Shown here piece after piece: positions 47,721 to 57,622 of a DNA stretch of 64,000 bases. The DNA comes from Parcubacteria bacterium OLB19. Its GTDB lineage: Bacteria > Patescibacteriota > Minisyncoccia > Phycocordibacterales > UBA918. The DNA lies in NCBI GenBank assembly GCA_001567365.1, contig JZEL01000012.1:1215-65214 (forward strand), read 5' to 3'. A program made the translations under genes and the position numbers. Numbering within the stretch: position 1 is the stretch's first letter; every line of letters begins with the position of its first letter. Under the pieces are notes generated by a model. The model saw only the letters and a program-made list of their open reading frames with translations. It searched no databases and had not been told where the DNA came from.

Positions 47721-47852
47721 ATGAAGCAAAAACAACAACCATTCGCAATGACGACTACTATCGCCGACAGTCAAAAGGAAAGTGACGGAGCTACGGAAAA
47801 ATCTGGTCAATCATGCGACGGCCACGACTTTGAGCGACGAACTGCAGCTTAA
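47721..47852 (+). CDS. Unlisted 43-aa hydrophilic peptide gene with a canonical Shine-Dalgarno and its own terminator
   Basis: TAAGGAGacacaaaATG. Product MKQKQQPFAMTTTIADSQKESDGATEKSGQSCDGHDFERRTAA. The terminator is at 47896-47939. Confidence 0.4.
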   Translation: MKQKQQPFAMTTTIADSQKESDGATEKSGQSCDGHDFERRTAA

Positions 47853-47895
47853 TCCATCGACCCTTTGTTAAAGTAAGAAGTTTTACTTGCAATCA

Positions 47896-47939
47896 AGCGT
47901 CATTAACAATTTTATATTGTTAATGACGCTTTTCTTTTT
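47896..47939 (+). terminator. Rho-independent terminator
   Basis: AGCGTCATTAACAA-TTTTAT-ATTGTTAATGACGCT then TTTTCTTTTT. Confidence 0.65.
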
Positions 47940-48121
47940 ATACCATATTTACTTTACTACCCGACCCCCTTCATGCTAATCTTTTTACAGAAAGTTCATT
48001 TATATTTGTGAATTTTCCTTTTCCAACTTTCGGAGAACTTGTTATGAATTGCAATGATAAAGCCGGAGAAGATCCAAAACACAAAAAAAGACACGAAAAC
48101 TCGTGATTTTTCAAACAAAAA

Positions 48122-48158
48122 AACAGCGACATCTTATTTCTAGATTGTCGCTGTTTTT
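48122..48158. terminator. Bidirectional terminator (3' of aspS on the minus strand)
   Basis: ACAGCGACA-(loop)-TGTCGCTGT then TTTTT; an A-run on the other side. Confidence 0.6.
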
Positions 48159-48161
48159 AGA

Positions 48162-49592
48162 TTAAAACTTAATTCCCAACTCCTTTAATTGATTTTCATT
48201 AACTTTAGCTGGTGCCTCCATCATCAAGTCTTTACCCTCGCCAGTTTTTGCAAAAGGGATAACCTCTCTAATATTTGGCTCATTTTCAAGCAACATAATC
48301 AAACGATCAAAACCCCAAGCAATACCACCGTGTGGTGGCGCTCCATACTGCAAAGCTGTTAGCATGTGTCCAAAATTTTCCTGAATGCGCTTTTCATCAT
48401 AACCCATGATTTCAAAGGTGTTTTTTTGCCATGAAGCGTTGTGGTTGCGAATACTACCTCCACCAATTTCATAACCATTTAGCGTAATATCATATTGTGT
48501 ACTTATGATATTACTGATATTTCTTTTAGCGAGAAAATCCTCTGCATACTCATCTTTTGGTTTAGCAAAAGGGTTATGTGTAAATGTCCACTCACCTGTC
48601 CCATCGACATTGTCTTCACTAGTCTTCTCAAAAGCCGGAAAATCAGTGATCCAAAGAAAAGCTAATAAATTAGGATCATTCTTATCTTCACGGATATCAG
48701 GGCGATCATTACCATATTTTTCCATCGCCTCTTGGTAGGTCATTCGTGGAAATGGTACTTGTTGGATTCTTTTCTCTGGGTAACATTTTGTCACCAATTC
48801 AATTAGAAGCTTTTCATTAAGACTAATAACATCTTCCTCTTTTACAAATGAAAGCTCCATGTCCAGCTGAGTAAATTCTGGCTGACGGTCACCACGAGTA
48901 TCCTCATCACGCATACAACGAGCGAATTGGAAATAACGCTCAAAACCTCCGATCATGAGTAATTGCTTATATTGTTGTGGTGATTGTGGAAGAGAATAAA
49001 AACACCCCTGACTAAGACGTGACGGCACTATATAGGAACGAGAACCTTCTGGAGTAGGAGCTGAAAGAAGTGGTGTTTCCACCTCAACAAAATTTTCTCC
49101 AGTCAAATAATCACGAATAAATTTTTGCACAGTGTGCCTGGTGCGAATATTTTTCTGCATACGTTCACTTCTAAGATCGAGATATCGATACTTAAGACGA
49201 ACAGACTCATCAACCATTCTTGTATCACCATCAATCGGAAATGGTGATACTGCTGATTCATTTAATATTGCAATGTTTGTAATTTCGAGCTCGATGTCTC
49301 CATTTTGCATATTGGCATTAACCATCTTCTCCGGACGAGCATTTACTTTACCAGTTATTGCCACTACGTATTCTGGCTTTAATTCTTTAGCAATTTCCAA
49401 AACTTCAGGTTTACCAAAAACCACTCCCTGTACTTTTCCAGTACGATCGCGGAAATCAAAAAAGGCCATTTTTCCTTGAAAACGAGCCACATCAACCCAA
49501 CCCTTGATTTGTACTTCAGAGTCGATATATTCACGCAGTGAACCAATAAGTGTCCTTTCCATATAAATTTTATTATCCTTTATCTTCGCCAA
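48162..49592 (-). CDS. aspS: Aspartate--tRNA ligase, type-2 (archaeal/short form, no GAD insertion; possibly non-discriminating)
   Basis: Motif 2 is YFQFARCMRDEDTRGDRQPEFTQLDMELSF. Motif 3 is GGGSIRNHN...GFDRLIML. Confidence 0.8.
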   Translation of the reverse strand: MAKIKDNKIYMERTLIGSLREYIDSEVQIKGWVDVARFQGKMAFFDFRDRTGKVQGVVFGKPEVLEIAKELKPEYVVAITGKVNARPEKMVNANMQNGDIELEITNIAILNESAVSPFPIDGDTRMVDESVRLKYRYLDLRSERMQKNIRTRHTVQKFIRDYLTGENFVEVETPLLSAPTPEGSRSYIVPSRLSQGCFYSLPQSPQQYKQLLMIGGFERYFQFARCMRDEDTRGDRQPEFTQLDMELSFVKEEDVISLNEKLLIELVTKCYPEKRIQQVPFPRMTYQEAMEKYGNDRPDIREDKNDPNLLAFLWITDFPAFEKTSEDNVDGTGEWTFTHNPFAKPKDEYAEDFLAKRNISNIISTQYDITLNGYEIGGGSIRNHNASWQKNTFEIMGYDEKRIQENFGHMLTALQYGAPPHGGIAWGFDRLIMLLENEPNIREVIPFAKTGEGKDLMMEAPAKVNENQLKELGIKF

Positions 49593-49603
49593 TATACAAC
49601 ATT

Positions 49604-50566
49604 TTATAAATTGATTCCAATCGCATCACGTACCTTATTTATGGTTTGACCAGAAACCAATCTAGCCTTTTCCACACCAATAGCCAAAACTTCTTTAATG
49701 TCACTATCGGTAATTTCAGCCTTTTTGGCTCGCATTGGAGCAATTAGTTCATTAATATCTTCAAGCAAAGCTTCCTTTAAAACTTTATACTTACCTAGAT
49801 TTTCTTCATAAAGTTTATCCAAATCAGACATTTCTTTACCCATGGCTTGATAAACAACTTTGTGAATATTGTAGACATTTTGTGGTTTTTCGCCAGAAGA
49901 ATCGGTAACGATACCCATTATTGCTTTTTGAATTTCTTCGCGATTACCAAAAAGTGGAATGGTATTTTTATAACTTTTGCTCATCTTTTGTCCATCGGTT
50001 CCTGGCACCACCCCAACCCCTTCAACAATCATTTCTGTTGGTTCTTTCAAAATTTCACCATAAGCATTATTGAATTTTGTCACCGCCTCACGAGTATATT
50101 CCAAATGTTGTCTTTGATCCTCACCTACCGGCACTAAATCTGTATCGTAAAGAACAATGTCTCCAGCCATGAGCATTGGGTAAGTAAATAAACCAGCATT
50201 AGCTTCTAAGCCTTTTGCTACTTTGTCCTTATAGGAATGTGCTTGCATAAGAAAAGGAACAGTCACCAAGCAATTCATCACCCACCCCATTTCTGTATGG
50301 TGAGAATTGTCTGATTGTCTAAACAAAGTAACCTTACTGGGGTCTACTCCCGCTGCTAAATAATCACGCACGATTTCATAAATATTAGCTCGCAATTCAT
50401 CTCCATTACGAACAGAGGTTAAGGCATGATAATCTGCCACCATCAAAAATACTTCATTATTTGCGTCAAAAGTTAAATCAACTAGAGGTTTTAACGATCC
50501 AAAGTAATTTCCGAGATGCAAAGCTCCTGAAGGTTGCAAACCAGTGAGAATCCGCTTTTTTGTCAT
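49604..50566 (-). CDS. trpS: Tryptophan--tRNA ligase
   Basis: TGLQPSGALHLGNYFG (HIGH-type) and KMSKSYKN. Confidence 0.85.
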   Translation of the reverse strand: MTKKRILTGLQPSGALHLGNYFGSLKPLVDLTFDANNEVFLMVADYHALTSVRNGDELRANIYEIVRDYLAAGVDPSKVTLFRQSDNSHHTEMGWVMNCLVTVPFLMQAHSYKDKVAKGLEANAGLFTYPMLMAGDIVLYDTDLVPVGEDQRQHLEYTREAVTKFNNAYGEILKEPTEMIVEGVGVVPGTDGQKMSKSYKNTIPLFGNREEIQKAIMGIVTDSSGEKPQNVYNIHKVVYQAMGKEMSDLDKLYEENLGKYKVLKEALLEDINELIAPMRAKKAEITDSDIKEVLAIGVEKARLVSGQTINKVRDAIGINL

Positions 50567-50603
50567 ATTGTGTATAGTAACAGAAAATTGTTTAGCTTCA
50601 AAA

Positions 50604-52289
50604 CTACCCTATCAGCGGTAATTCTATGACAAATTTAGACCCCTTACCTTCACCTTCAGAATGGGCGCTTATTGTACCTCCCATAGCTTCAACAATCTTT
50701 AGGGCCATATATAGACCAAGACCAGTACCTTGGATATTAACCCGATGAGCATTTTCCGCTCGCTTAAATTTATTAAAGATAATAGACAAAGTTTCATCAC
50801 TCATACCGATACCAGAATCAATCACCTCAACAAATATTTTCTTTCTATTTACATCATCATGTAGAAGTACAGTGATTGTCCCTTTCTCTGTGTACTTAAT
50901 AGCATTATTGATAAGATTGTGTACAGCCTGAACAATTTTTCCCTTATCAGCATTCACTGTCGAGCGTGAAGTTAAATCAGTTCTAAAGAATAACAACAAC
51001 CCTTTCTTTAGAGCTATTGGTCGCAAATCATCACAAACGTGCTCCACCTCGGTATGCAGATTAAAATCTGTTAAATTATATTTCATGTTGCCTGATTCTA
51101 TCCTGGAAACATTTAAGTATTCTTCTACCAATTGCGTCATTGCTCGTGCTGAAGTATAAATTCTTTCAATTGGCTCTATGGCTTTCGCTGGCAATTTTCC
51201 ATAACTCCCCTCCTGTAAAAGAGAGGCATAACCACTGATAGCAGTGAGCGAACTACGTAATTGATGCGAAGCAATGGACACAAATTCTGACTTTTGCTTA
51301 TCAAGTTCTTTGAGTCTAGTATTAGCCTTAGCCAAATCGTTAACCAATTTTTCTATCTGCTCCCTACTCCTAATATCGTTGCGCACAGATTCAATAAGCG
51401 CAAAACCGACTAAAGTAAGCAAAATTAATGTCATGCCCACAATCACTGTCACATGATTGATGTCATGCACAAATAGCAAGGAAAACACAAGCATCCACAT
51501 TGCAAACACCAATGATATTGGAGCTGCTAATTTGATATTAAAAGCATGATATTTCACGATAGTGAAAGTTAGAGCTATCATAAAAATTAGCATACCAACA
51601 GGCCCTAGGAGATTGATTTCATACAAACCAAAATATTCACCAAAAATTTGAGAGGAAACGAAAACAATTAAGAAAAGAGCGCTTGAACAAATTATATATA
51701 TGTAACTTAATAATCTAGCATCTCGCGATACAAAATATTCTTTTATTTTCAATATAAACCAAAATAACAGGATTACAATTGAAAAAACTTCTAATCCATA
51801 CAAATAACTCCATAAAGGTCCATTAATTCCACCACACCAATTAGGATCAAAGCCAGTAATATTCAAGCTAGTTGGTAACAACAATAATATAGGTAGTGAT
51901 AGAAGAAAAGATAACACTTTATAGAAAAATGGAACATCATTCTTTTTTACAAATAAGTAAGTGAAGTACAGAACACTAAGTAGAATACACAAACGCAACA
52001 ATAAGGCTAGAGTCCAAGAAAAAGCAACAATACCAACCGGTAGTGCTATCCATAAAATTATTTCATTTATTAGAAATAATGAAAAAGACACAATGATTAA
52101 AAGCAACGCCTTGCTGGTTTCTGAAAAATCAGATTTTATTAAAATGAAAAAACTAAGCACTATGCCTATTAATATGATTGGTATATATGAGTAGAAGAGT
52201 AAAGCGGGCGCAATTCCTAAATCAAAAACGCCCATAATAGTTGGTGTTGCATCAGAACAAAAAATTGTATCTGTATGAGTCATAATCAC
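50604..52289 (-). CDS. Sensor histidine kinase (polytopic N-terminal membrane domain, HisKA, HATPase_c)
   Basis: H-box ASHQLRSSLTAI. The N, G1 and G2 boxes are LINNAIKYT, VIDSGIGM, GTGLGL. Confidence 0.8.
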   Translation of the reverse strand: MIMTHTDTIFCSDATPTIMGVFDLGIAPALLFYSYIPIILIGIVLSFFILIKSDFSETSKALLLIIVSFSLFLINEIILWIALPVGIVAFSWTLALLLRLCILLSVLYFTYLFVKKNDVPFFYKVLSFLLSLPILLLLPTSLNITGFDPNWCGGINGPLWSYLYGLEVFSIVILLFWFILKIKEYFVSRDARLLSYIYIICSSALFLIVFVSSQIFGEYFGLYEINLLGPVGMLIFMIALTFTIVKYHAFNIKLAAPISLVFAMWMLVFSLLFVHDINHVTVIVGMTLILLTLVGFALIESVRNDIRSREQIEKLVNDLAKANTRLKELDKQKSEFVSIASHQLRSSLTAISGYASLLQEGSYGKLPAKAIEPIERIYTSARAMTQLVEEYLNVSRIESGNMKYNLTDFNLHTEVEHVCDDLRPIALKKGLLLFFRTDLTSRSTVNADKGKIVQAVHNLINNAIKYTEKGTITVLLHDDVNRKKIFVEVIDSGIGMSDETLSIIFNKFKRAENAHRVNIQGTGLGLYMALKIVEAMGGTISAHSEGEGKGSKFVIELPLIG

Positions 52290-52819
52290 CTAACAAGTTT
52301 TTTAAGTTGTGGAGATAGATATTTAAATTTATTTTTATCATTAATTAAAAATTTCCAATCATTTCCGGTTATTATCTTACGACACGATTTATCGCCACAA
52401 ATACATTTCATTTTAAATTTAGAATTAGTCTCATCAAAAGCATAGTCCCAAGACAATTCTTCATTTGCTTTAATATTTCTCATAGCAACAAAATTCCATT
52501 TTTCATCAAAACCAACATTTGGATTACAACTGTGATTTAAATGCCAGGCTATACTTATATAATTCAAGTCCGCTGGTGCATAAAAACCATCTTCTGTGCC
52601 AGAACAATATGCCATAACTCGTTTTTTAGTAATTGAATCTAATTTAGAATATTCAGCCCAAGAAAAGAATTTTGCTTTTGTAAATTGCTTATGTGACACA
52701 ACTATCTCATCTTTTTTAATAGGTCTTAGTGAAAATACACCTATTTCCCCAGGTATAATTTTCGAAACACCAATTTTTATTCTAGCCTTTGGAACAATAT
52801 CTATAATTTCTTCTTTCAT
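52286..52819 (-). CDS. SET-domain protein (putative lysine methyltransferase) with a post-SET Cys cluster
   Basis: GEIGVFSL, NHSCNPN, EELSWDY, CICGDKSC. Its stop overlaps the HK start (ATGA). Confidence 0.75.
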   Translation of the reverse strand: MKEEIIDIVPKARIKIGVSKIIPGEIGVFSLRPIKKDEIVVSHKQFTKAKFFSWAEYSKLDSITKKRVMAYCSGTEDGFYAPADLNYISIAWHLNHSCNPNVGFDEKWNFVAMRNIKANEELSWDYAFDETNSKFKMKCICGDKSCRKIITGNDWKFLINDKNKFKYLSPQLKKLVR

Positions 52820-52969
52820 ATTTATTCTAAATTGATTCTATATTTACATCTTGTAAAACAACATACTTATAAAAAAGACCACAAACTGAAAAGATTAATA
52901 AAAATATAAAAATGACAACTAGAATTTTCGACTTACGATCCATATTCTAATGCTAGCATGAATATTATT

Positions 52970-54265
52970 TCAAAAATTAAATCCATCCCCATTTTTTAAT
53001 TTCTGTAAATCATTATTCATCACCTTCTCACCAATATCTTTACGATAATGTAAATTTGGTAAATTTATTTTTGACACTATTTTGTAAACCTTATCTCTAG
53101 CTTCCGCAATATCCTTACCCTTCTCTGTTACATGCAAAACCCAACCACACTGACCAGACCATTTGTATGCACCGTCTTTTAATCTTGAAACTTCCTCGAA
53201 ATGGATATGATTCATCTCTTCTTCAGAAAGATTTTTAAATATTATCTTTTTAGGAAAGAGTTGGTTGCCGATACGATTAAAAATATTTGGTGAATAAGGG
53301 AAAGGTGGACAGGTTAAAGACACAGCAATTCCAAACTCTTTAGAGTAATCTAATACAAAAGGCAGACCGTCACTCACTGCTGATAAAAAATCAGACCACG
53401 GTGACTGATTTAATTCAACATGAATCTCAGAGGCTGGTGTACCAAATCTAGGAGTTGCTTCAAGAGGCCAGGCTCCCTCCTCATTTATAATGCAATTTAT
53501 ATCAATATCACCACAAAACTTAATCTCCCGCAGGTGAGGTTTGAGCTTATCAAGAATGTCAGTAAATAATCTGATATTTTCATCTGCATACCATAAAATG
53601 GTTCCCATTTCTGGAGTTAAAGGTCCAGTATCACCGTTAAATAATTTTTTGTGTTCATGATTAATCTCTACCGGCCCAACCCAGTCGTTGCCATTAAAAT
53701 ATCTGGCCACCCCAACCTCAACACCATCTGCAAATTTTTGTATATGTACGGGGGAAATTTTTCTCCTCTTATATTCTCGTAAAACATCAACCACATCATT
53801 AACATCATTTTTATTTTTACCCAGATAATTGAGTGAGCTAATGTGACTGTTTTGTTTTATTACCCAACGATCGGGATTTTTCTTTATAAATTTTATTGCC
53901 TTAGTTACAGAAGAAAAATCATAAGAAGGTAAGGTGGCGACACCATAATCGTTCAAAATTTTATGAAAATAGTGTCGCTCATTTTCCAGCCTGTCAGCCA
54001 ACCTAGAGCCACCAACCACCCTATACCCTTCCCTTCGCAACTCATCCTGATCCTCACCAAAAATAACATCGTCAAATATAATCAGACCTTCCTTCCCTAC
54101 CCAATTCAATTCCTTCTGCCAGTCATTTACTTTAGGCACAACACCTTCTAAACATCTTCTCCAATCTGGTTTATGGATATACAATTTCACTTCATTACCC
54201 TCTTTATGAAGTTTTTGACAGATGGCCGAGCCGATTAATTCTCCAGAAACAAATAAGATTTTCAT
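52970..54265 (-). CDS. PurD-like ATP-grasp ligase (phosphoribosylamine--glycine ligase family paralog)
   Basis: N-terminus MKILFVSGELIGSA. GPVEINHEHKKLFNGDTGPLTPEMG is similar to the PurD DHKR...GDTGPNTGGMG region. Confidence 0.45.
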   Translation of the reverse strand: MKILFVSGELIGSAICQKLHKEGNEVKLYIHKPDWRRCLEGVVPKVNDWQKELNWVGKEGLIIFDDVIFGEDQDELRREGYRVVGGSRLADRLENERHYFHKILNDYGVATLPSYDFSSVTKAIKFIKKNPDRWVIKQNSHISSLNYLGKNKNDVNDVVDVLREYKRRKISPVHIQKFADGVEVGVARYFNGNDWVGPVEINHEHKKLFNGDTGPLTPEMGTILWYADENIRLFTDILDKLKPHLREIKFCGDIDINCIINEEGAWPLEATPRFGTPASEIHVELNQSPWSDFLSAVSDGLPFVLDYSKEFGIAVSLTCPPFPYSPNIFNRIGNQLFPKKIIFKNLSEEEMNHIHFEEVSRLKDGAYKWSGQCGWVLHVTEKGKDIAEARDKVYKIVSKINLPNLHYRKDIGEKVMNNDLQKLKNGDGFNF

Positions 54266-54287
54266 AATCGACTGTTTATTAAAAAAT

Positions 54288-55385
54288 CTAAGACACCACC
54301 ACTATGTTGGTGGCAATGACTATACCGAGCAGTGCCACAATTAGGAAAAATATTTCTGTCGACAAGTGAGCGGTGCCATTTTTTGGTAGAGAGTTGAGAG
54401 TCATGGTAAAACCAAACAATCGCCAAGTATCAATTCCTTTTTCCAACAAGGAAGCATACAGTCTTTTCAAAGCTAAGTTCAAGATAAACACAATTATAAT
54501 ATGACCTGCGAATATAAGATTAGCCAATGTCGGATCAAGATCACCTAAACCAATAAACATGAAGAAATAAAGTAGGGCTCCAGTGATTTCTGCTATCAAT
54601 ATCGGGCTAGCAAAGTACTTTATGTTGGCAAAGTTCTCTCTAAAGCTTTTTCTGAAATCAGATTTTAAAAAAAGTTTAAGACCATAAGCAAAACCCAGCC
54701 AATACAAAGGAAGTAGGGCTAGACTCACCAAAGTCAGATTTTCATAATTTTTACCTAATTCTTGTGTAACAGAAAAAATAATTAATGTATATAACACAAA
54801 ATGGAAAAGCATATAGCCTATTTCTCTAAAATAAATCTTCCGTCCAAAAACAGCTTCATCATCACTACTCGCTCGCTCAAAACCAATAATTCCGACCGTG
54901 GCCAAAATTGTAGCTAAAATAAACAACCAAGAAATATTAGCTTGATCTAAATTAGTAAAAATACCAATATTTAAACCAGAATAGTTAATAAGTACCACAA
55001 CAAACAAAACAAAAATCGGAGTTGCTGCCATCCACATTGAAATAGCAGTTTCATTAATATCAGCATCATTCTTTTCGGGGATGAATGTGCGAAAATAATG
55101 CCTCATAGCTTGAATACTCAAAATACCCGCAAGTAACATCCATAAACCGTAAGGGTACCAAATTTCCGATAGTAAATTGAATAAATTTGAATCAGAAAAA
55201 AAATATACTCCTGCCCATACCACTGCTGTAAACAATAACCCAAGAGTGGTGCCTAACAAGGAACTAACGAACCAAGCTTGGTCTGGCTTATTTTGATAAC
55301 AGTCAGTTATCATTAGTCGATCATAAATGACCATCAAAGCAGAAAAAAATGAACTGAGAATTGTGGCAATAAGTGCGAAGGTCAT
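54288..55385 (-). CDS. Polytopic membrane protein, unknown function
   Basis: About ten hydrophobic helices. No motif recognised. Confidence 0.5.
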   Translation of the reverse strand: MTFALIATILSSFFSALMVIYDRLMITDCYQNKPDQAWFVSSLLGTTLGLLFTAVVWAGVYFFSDSNLFNLLSEIWYPYGLWMLLAGILSIQAMRHYFRTFIPEKNDADINETAISMWMAATPIFVLFVVVLINYSGLNIGIFTNLDQANISWLFILATILATVGIIGFERASSDDEAVFGRKIYFREIGYMLFHFVLYTLIIFSVTQELGKNYENLTLVSLALLPLYWLGFAYGLKLFLKSDFRKSFRENFANIKYFASPILIAEITGALLYFFMFIGLGDLDPTLANLIFAGHIIIVFILNLALKRLYASLLEKGIDTWRLFGFTMTLNSLPKNGTAHLSTEIFFLIVALLGIVIATNIVVVS

Positions 55386-55429
55386 GTTTTCCTAACTAAT
55401 ATAACACAGTATGAAAATTTTGAAGCAAA

Positions 55430-55915
55430 TTATACCATTACCAAAATTATGAGTGGCACTAGCAACCACCAAAAAAAATATTCTTGAGGGGCGAACAAAG
55501 ATTGAATTGGTGTACCGGGAGTTAAAAATTCTGTTACCGGCAAAACATTAAAACTGAATATCATTATTAGAATTGTAGCGCCTATAGCTAAAGCAATTTT
55601 CTTATGCAAGCTTTCAAATTTATTTTCCAAAAATTCGCTTGGCATTATTCGCTTAAACAACAATGTAGTTAATATAAAAATTACAATAAAAATAAGTAGT
55701 TTAGCGATTGACATAACCGCTGGTTGTTTTAAATCACCTAAAATAGCATCGAAATACGGAAACTGTATAGTGATAAGTAATGCCAAATAAAGACCACAGA
55801 TGATATTGATCAACATCTGTCGTCCGCTAAAAATAGCCAATGACAAAAACACTGAAAACACAACCAACATGTAAGTTGACTCTGAGAGAAAATGCATTAC
55901 CAGAGTAGTATCCAT
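55430..55915 (-). CDS. Small membrane protein, unknown function
   Basis: Four to five hydrophobic helices. Confidence 0.45.
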   Translation of the reverse strand: MDTTLVMHFLSESTYMLVVFSVFLSLAIFSGRQMLINIICGLYLALLITIQFPYFDAILGDLKQPAVMSIAKLLIFIVIFILTTLLFKRIMPSEFLENKFESLHKKIALAIGATILIMIFSFNVLPVTEFLTPGTPIQSLFAPQEYFFWWLLVPLIILVMV

Positions 55916-55969
55916 TGTGAGAGATAATTAAGGGGCGGACACGAAGTGTCGCCCCTTAATTATACTCCA

Positions 55970-57043
55970 CTACACCCCCTCCTCTCTTAATTCTTCCACT
56001 AGTTTCTCAGCTTTCTTTGAAAGTTTCTTTGGTAACTCGATATTAATCTTAACCATAAAGTCACCTCGACCACTGTCAGTCGGCACCCCTTTACCACGCA
56101 CTCTAAGCATTTCTCCATGAGAAATTCCCATCGGTACCTTAATTTCTATAAACCCATCTAGAGTCTCCACCTTATATTCACCACCCAAAAGTGCATCGGT
56201 CAGTCGAATCGGTAGTTCAGCAATCAAGGTTGTACCGTCGCGTTTTATAGTTTTATGTGGTTCAACATGTAGTTTGATATAAAGATCCCCCGGTTGCCCG
56301 TTAGGCATAGCTTCACCTCTACCAGTCATCCTAATTACCTCACCGTTTTCTATACCAGCAGGTACCTTAATCTCAACTTCTTCTTGCAGACGACGCACGC
56401 CAGCCCCCGCACAGTGCCCACAACGTTCCTTTGGCACTTGACCACGTCCCTGACAAACACTACATTCGCGCACAGTAGTAAAGCTACCTAGGATACTCTG
56501 ACGAGTTTCCCGAATCTTACCGTTACCTCCACAGGTAGTACAATTGGTCATACCGGCTGATGGCTTTGCACCAGTTCCTTTACATTCACTACAAAGACTA
56601 TTTTTAGTTATCAGTACTTTTCTTGAAGCACCAAACACGGCTTCTTTAAAACTTAGGTTGATTTCAATAGAGATATCGCGACCACGATTCTGCCTTGTGT
56701 GTCCACCCCCAAAACCAAAATTCTCAAATATATCACTGATATCAAACTCAAACCCTTGTCCAGCAAAACCACCCTGCTGACCAGCGAAATCAGCCCAATT
56801 AAAACCTCCAAAACCAGCCCCGCCAGCTCCTGCCCCATTAAAAGCTCGTCCATAACTATCGTATTCAGCCTTCTTCTTATCGTCACCCAAAACCGCATAG
56901 GCTTCGGTAATCTCCTTATATTTAGCTTCATCACCTGTTTTCTTATCTGGGTGATACTGAGCAGCCAACTTGCGAAAAGCCTTCTTCACCTCGTCCTTAG
57001 AGGCTCCCTTTTGGAGTCCAAGAATTTGATAATAATCTTTCAT
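55970..57043 (-). CDS. dnaJ: Chaperone DnaJ
   Basis: J-domain DYYQILGL...YHPDK, a G/F region, and four CxxCxGxG repeats. Confidence 0.9.
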   Translation of the reverse strand: MKDYYQILGLQKGASKDEVKKAFRKLAAQYHPDKKTGDEAKYKEITEAYAVLGDDKKKAEYDSYGRAFNGAGAGGAGFGGFNWADFAGQQGGFAGQGFEFDISDIFENFGFGGGHTRQNRGRDISIEINLSFKEAVFGASRKVLITKNSLCSECKGTGAKPSAGMTNCTTCGGNGKIRETRQSILGSFTTVRECSVCQGRGQVPKERCGHCAGAGVRRLQEEVEIKVPAGIENGEVIRMTGRGEAMPNGQPGDLYIKLHVEPHKTIKRDGTTLIAELPIRLTDALLGGEYKVETLDGFIEIKVPMGISHGEMLRVRGKGVPTDSGRGDFMVKINIELPKKLSKKAEKLVEELREEGV

Positions 57044-57173
57044 ATACTTGACTTAACTCCTAATGAGTTGATTATTGCACAAAAAACTATTCTCTGCAAA
57101 AAGCTGTACAAATTGGGTATTTGTGGTATTTTTTATTTAGCATTCATTACTTTAGTTTACAGGAGACTAAATT

Positions 57174-57569
57174 ATGTTAAAAGCTCTTTATTTATTGGAA
57201 ATTTATTTAAGGTTTATTTTCAAACAAAAAATCATAGAGGAAAGTGCCTGGACTGATGTTAGTAAAACACACCTAGCACATCTGCAAGTACCTATTAATT
57301 TTTTTCTTGAGCATCTAGAATCAGTTGGATCATACGGTAATCACGTGTATGCAAAATATGATCACCAAAATGATTTGGTTTACATATTAGGAAACTTTGA
57401 CGGAGAAGCAGAACCGCTAATTGCAACAATCTCTGTTAGATCGAATGATATTTTTCCTTACTCTGTCCGTTTATGTAATTACTTACTGAAACCAAAAGAA
57501 ATTACATATATCAGAAATATAGGTGATTCAAGATTTCCAAATTTAAAACTCAGATTCAAAGTGATATAA
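57174..57569 (+). CDS. Hypothetical protein (131 aa) on the opposite strand between dnaJ and dnaK
   Basis: Clean ORF with AT-rich codon usage typical of the host. No motif recognised. Confidence 0.35.
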   Translation: MLKALYLLEIYLRFIFKQKIIEESAWTDVSKTHLAHLQVPINFFLEHLESVGSYGNHVYAKYDHQNDLVYILGNFDGEAEPLIATISVRSNDIFPYSVRLCNYLLKPKEITYIRNIGDSRFPNLKLRFKVI

Positions 57570-57575
57570 TCAAAA

Positions 57576-57611
57576 AAACAACCACTTTCTTTTACAAAAG
57601 CGGTTGTTTTT
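57576..57611. terminator. Bidirectional terminator (3' of dnaK)
   Basis: AAACAACCAC...GCGGTTGTTTTT, an imperfect stem (one mismatch). Confidence 0.5.
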
Positions 57612-57622
57612 AAATTTTTAGT

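Noticed and set aside
47340-48161. A tRNA/tmRNA/RNase P/SRP/6S RNA candidate in this long intergenic region
   Set aside because: I could not recognise a T-loop GTTCRANYC motif, a tmRNA tag reading frame, or RNase P / SRP RNA conserved boxes by eye. Only generic hairpin-terminators are visible. This needs a covariance-model search to settle.
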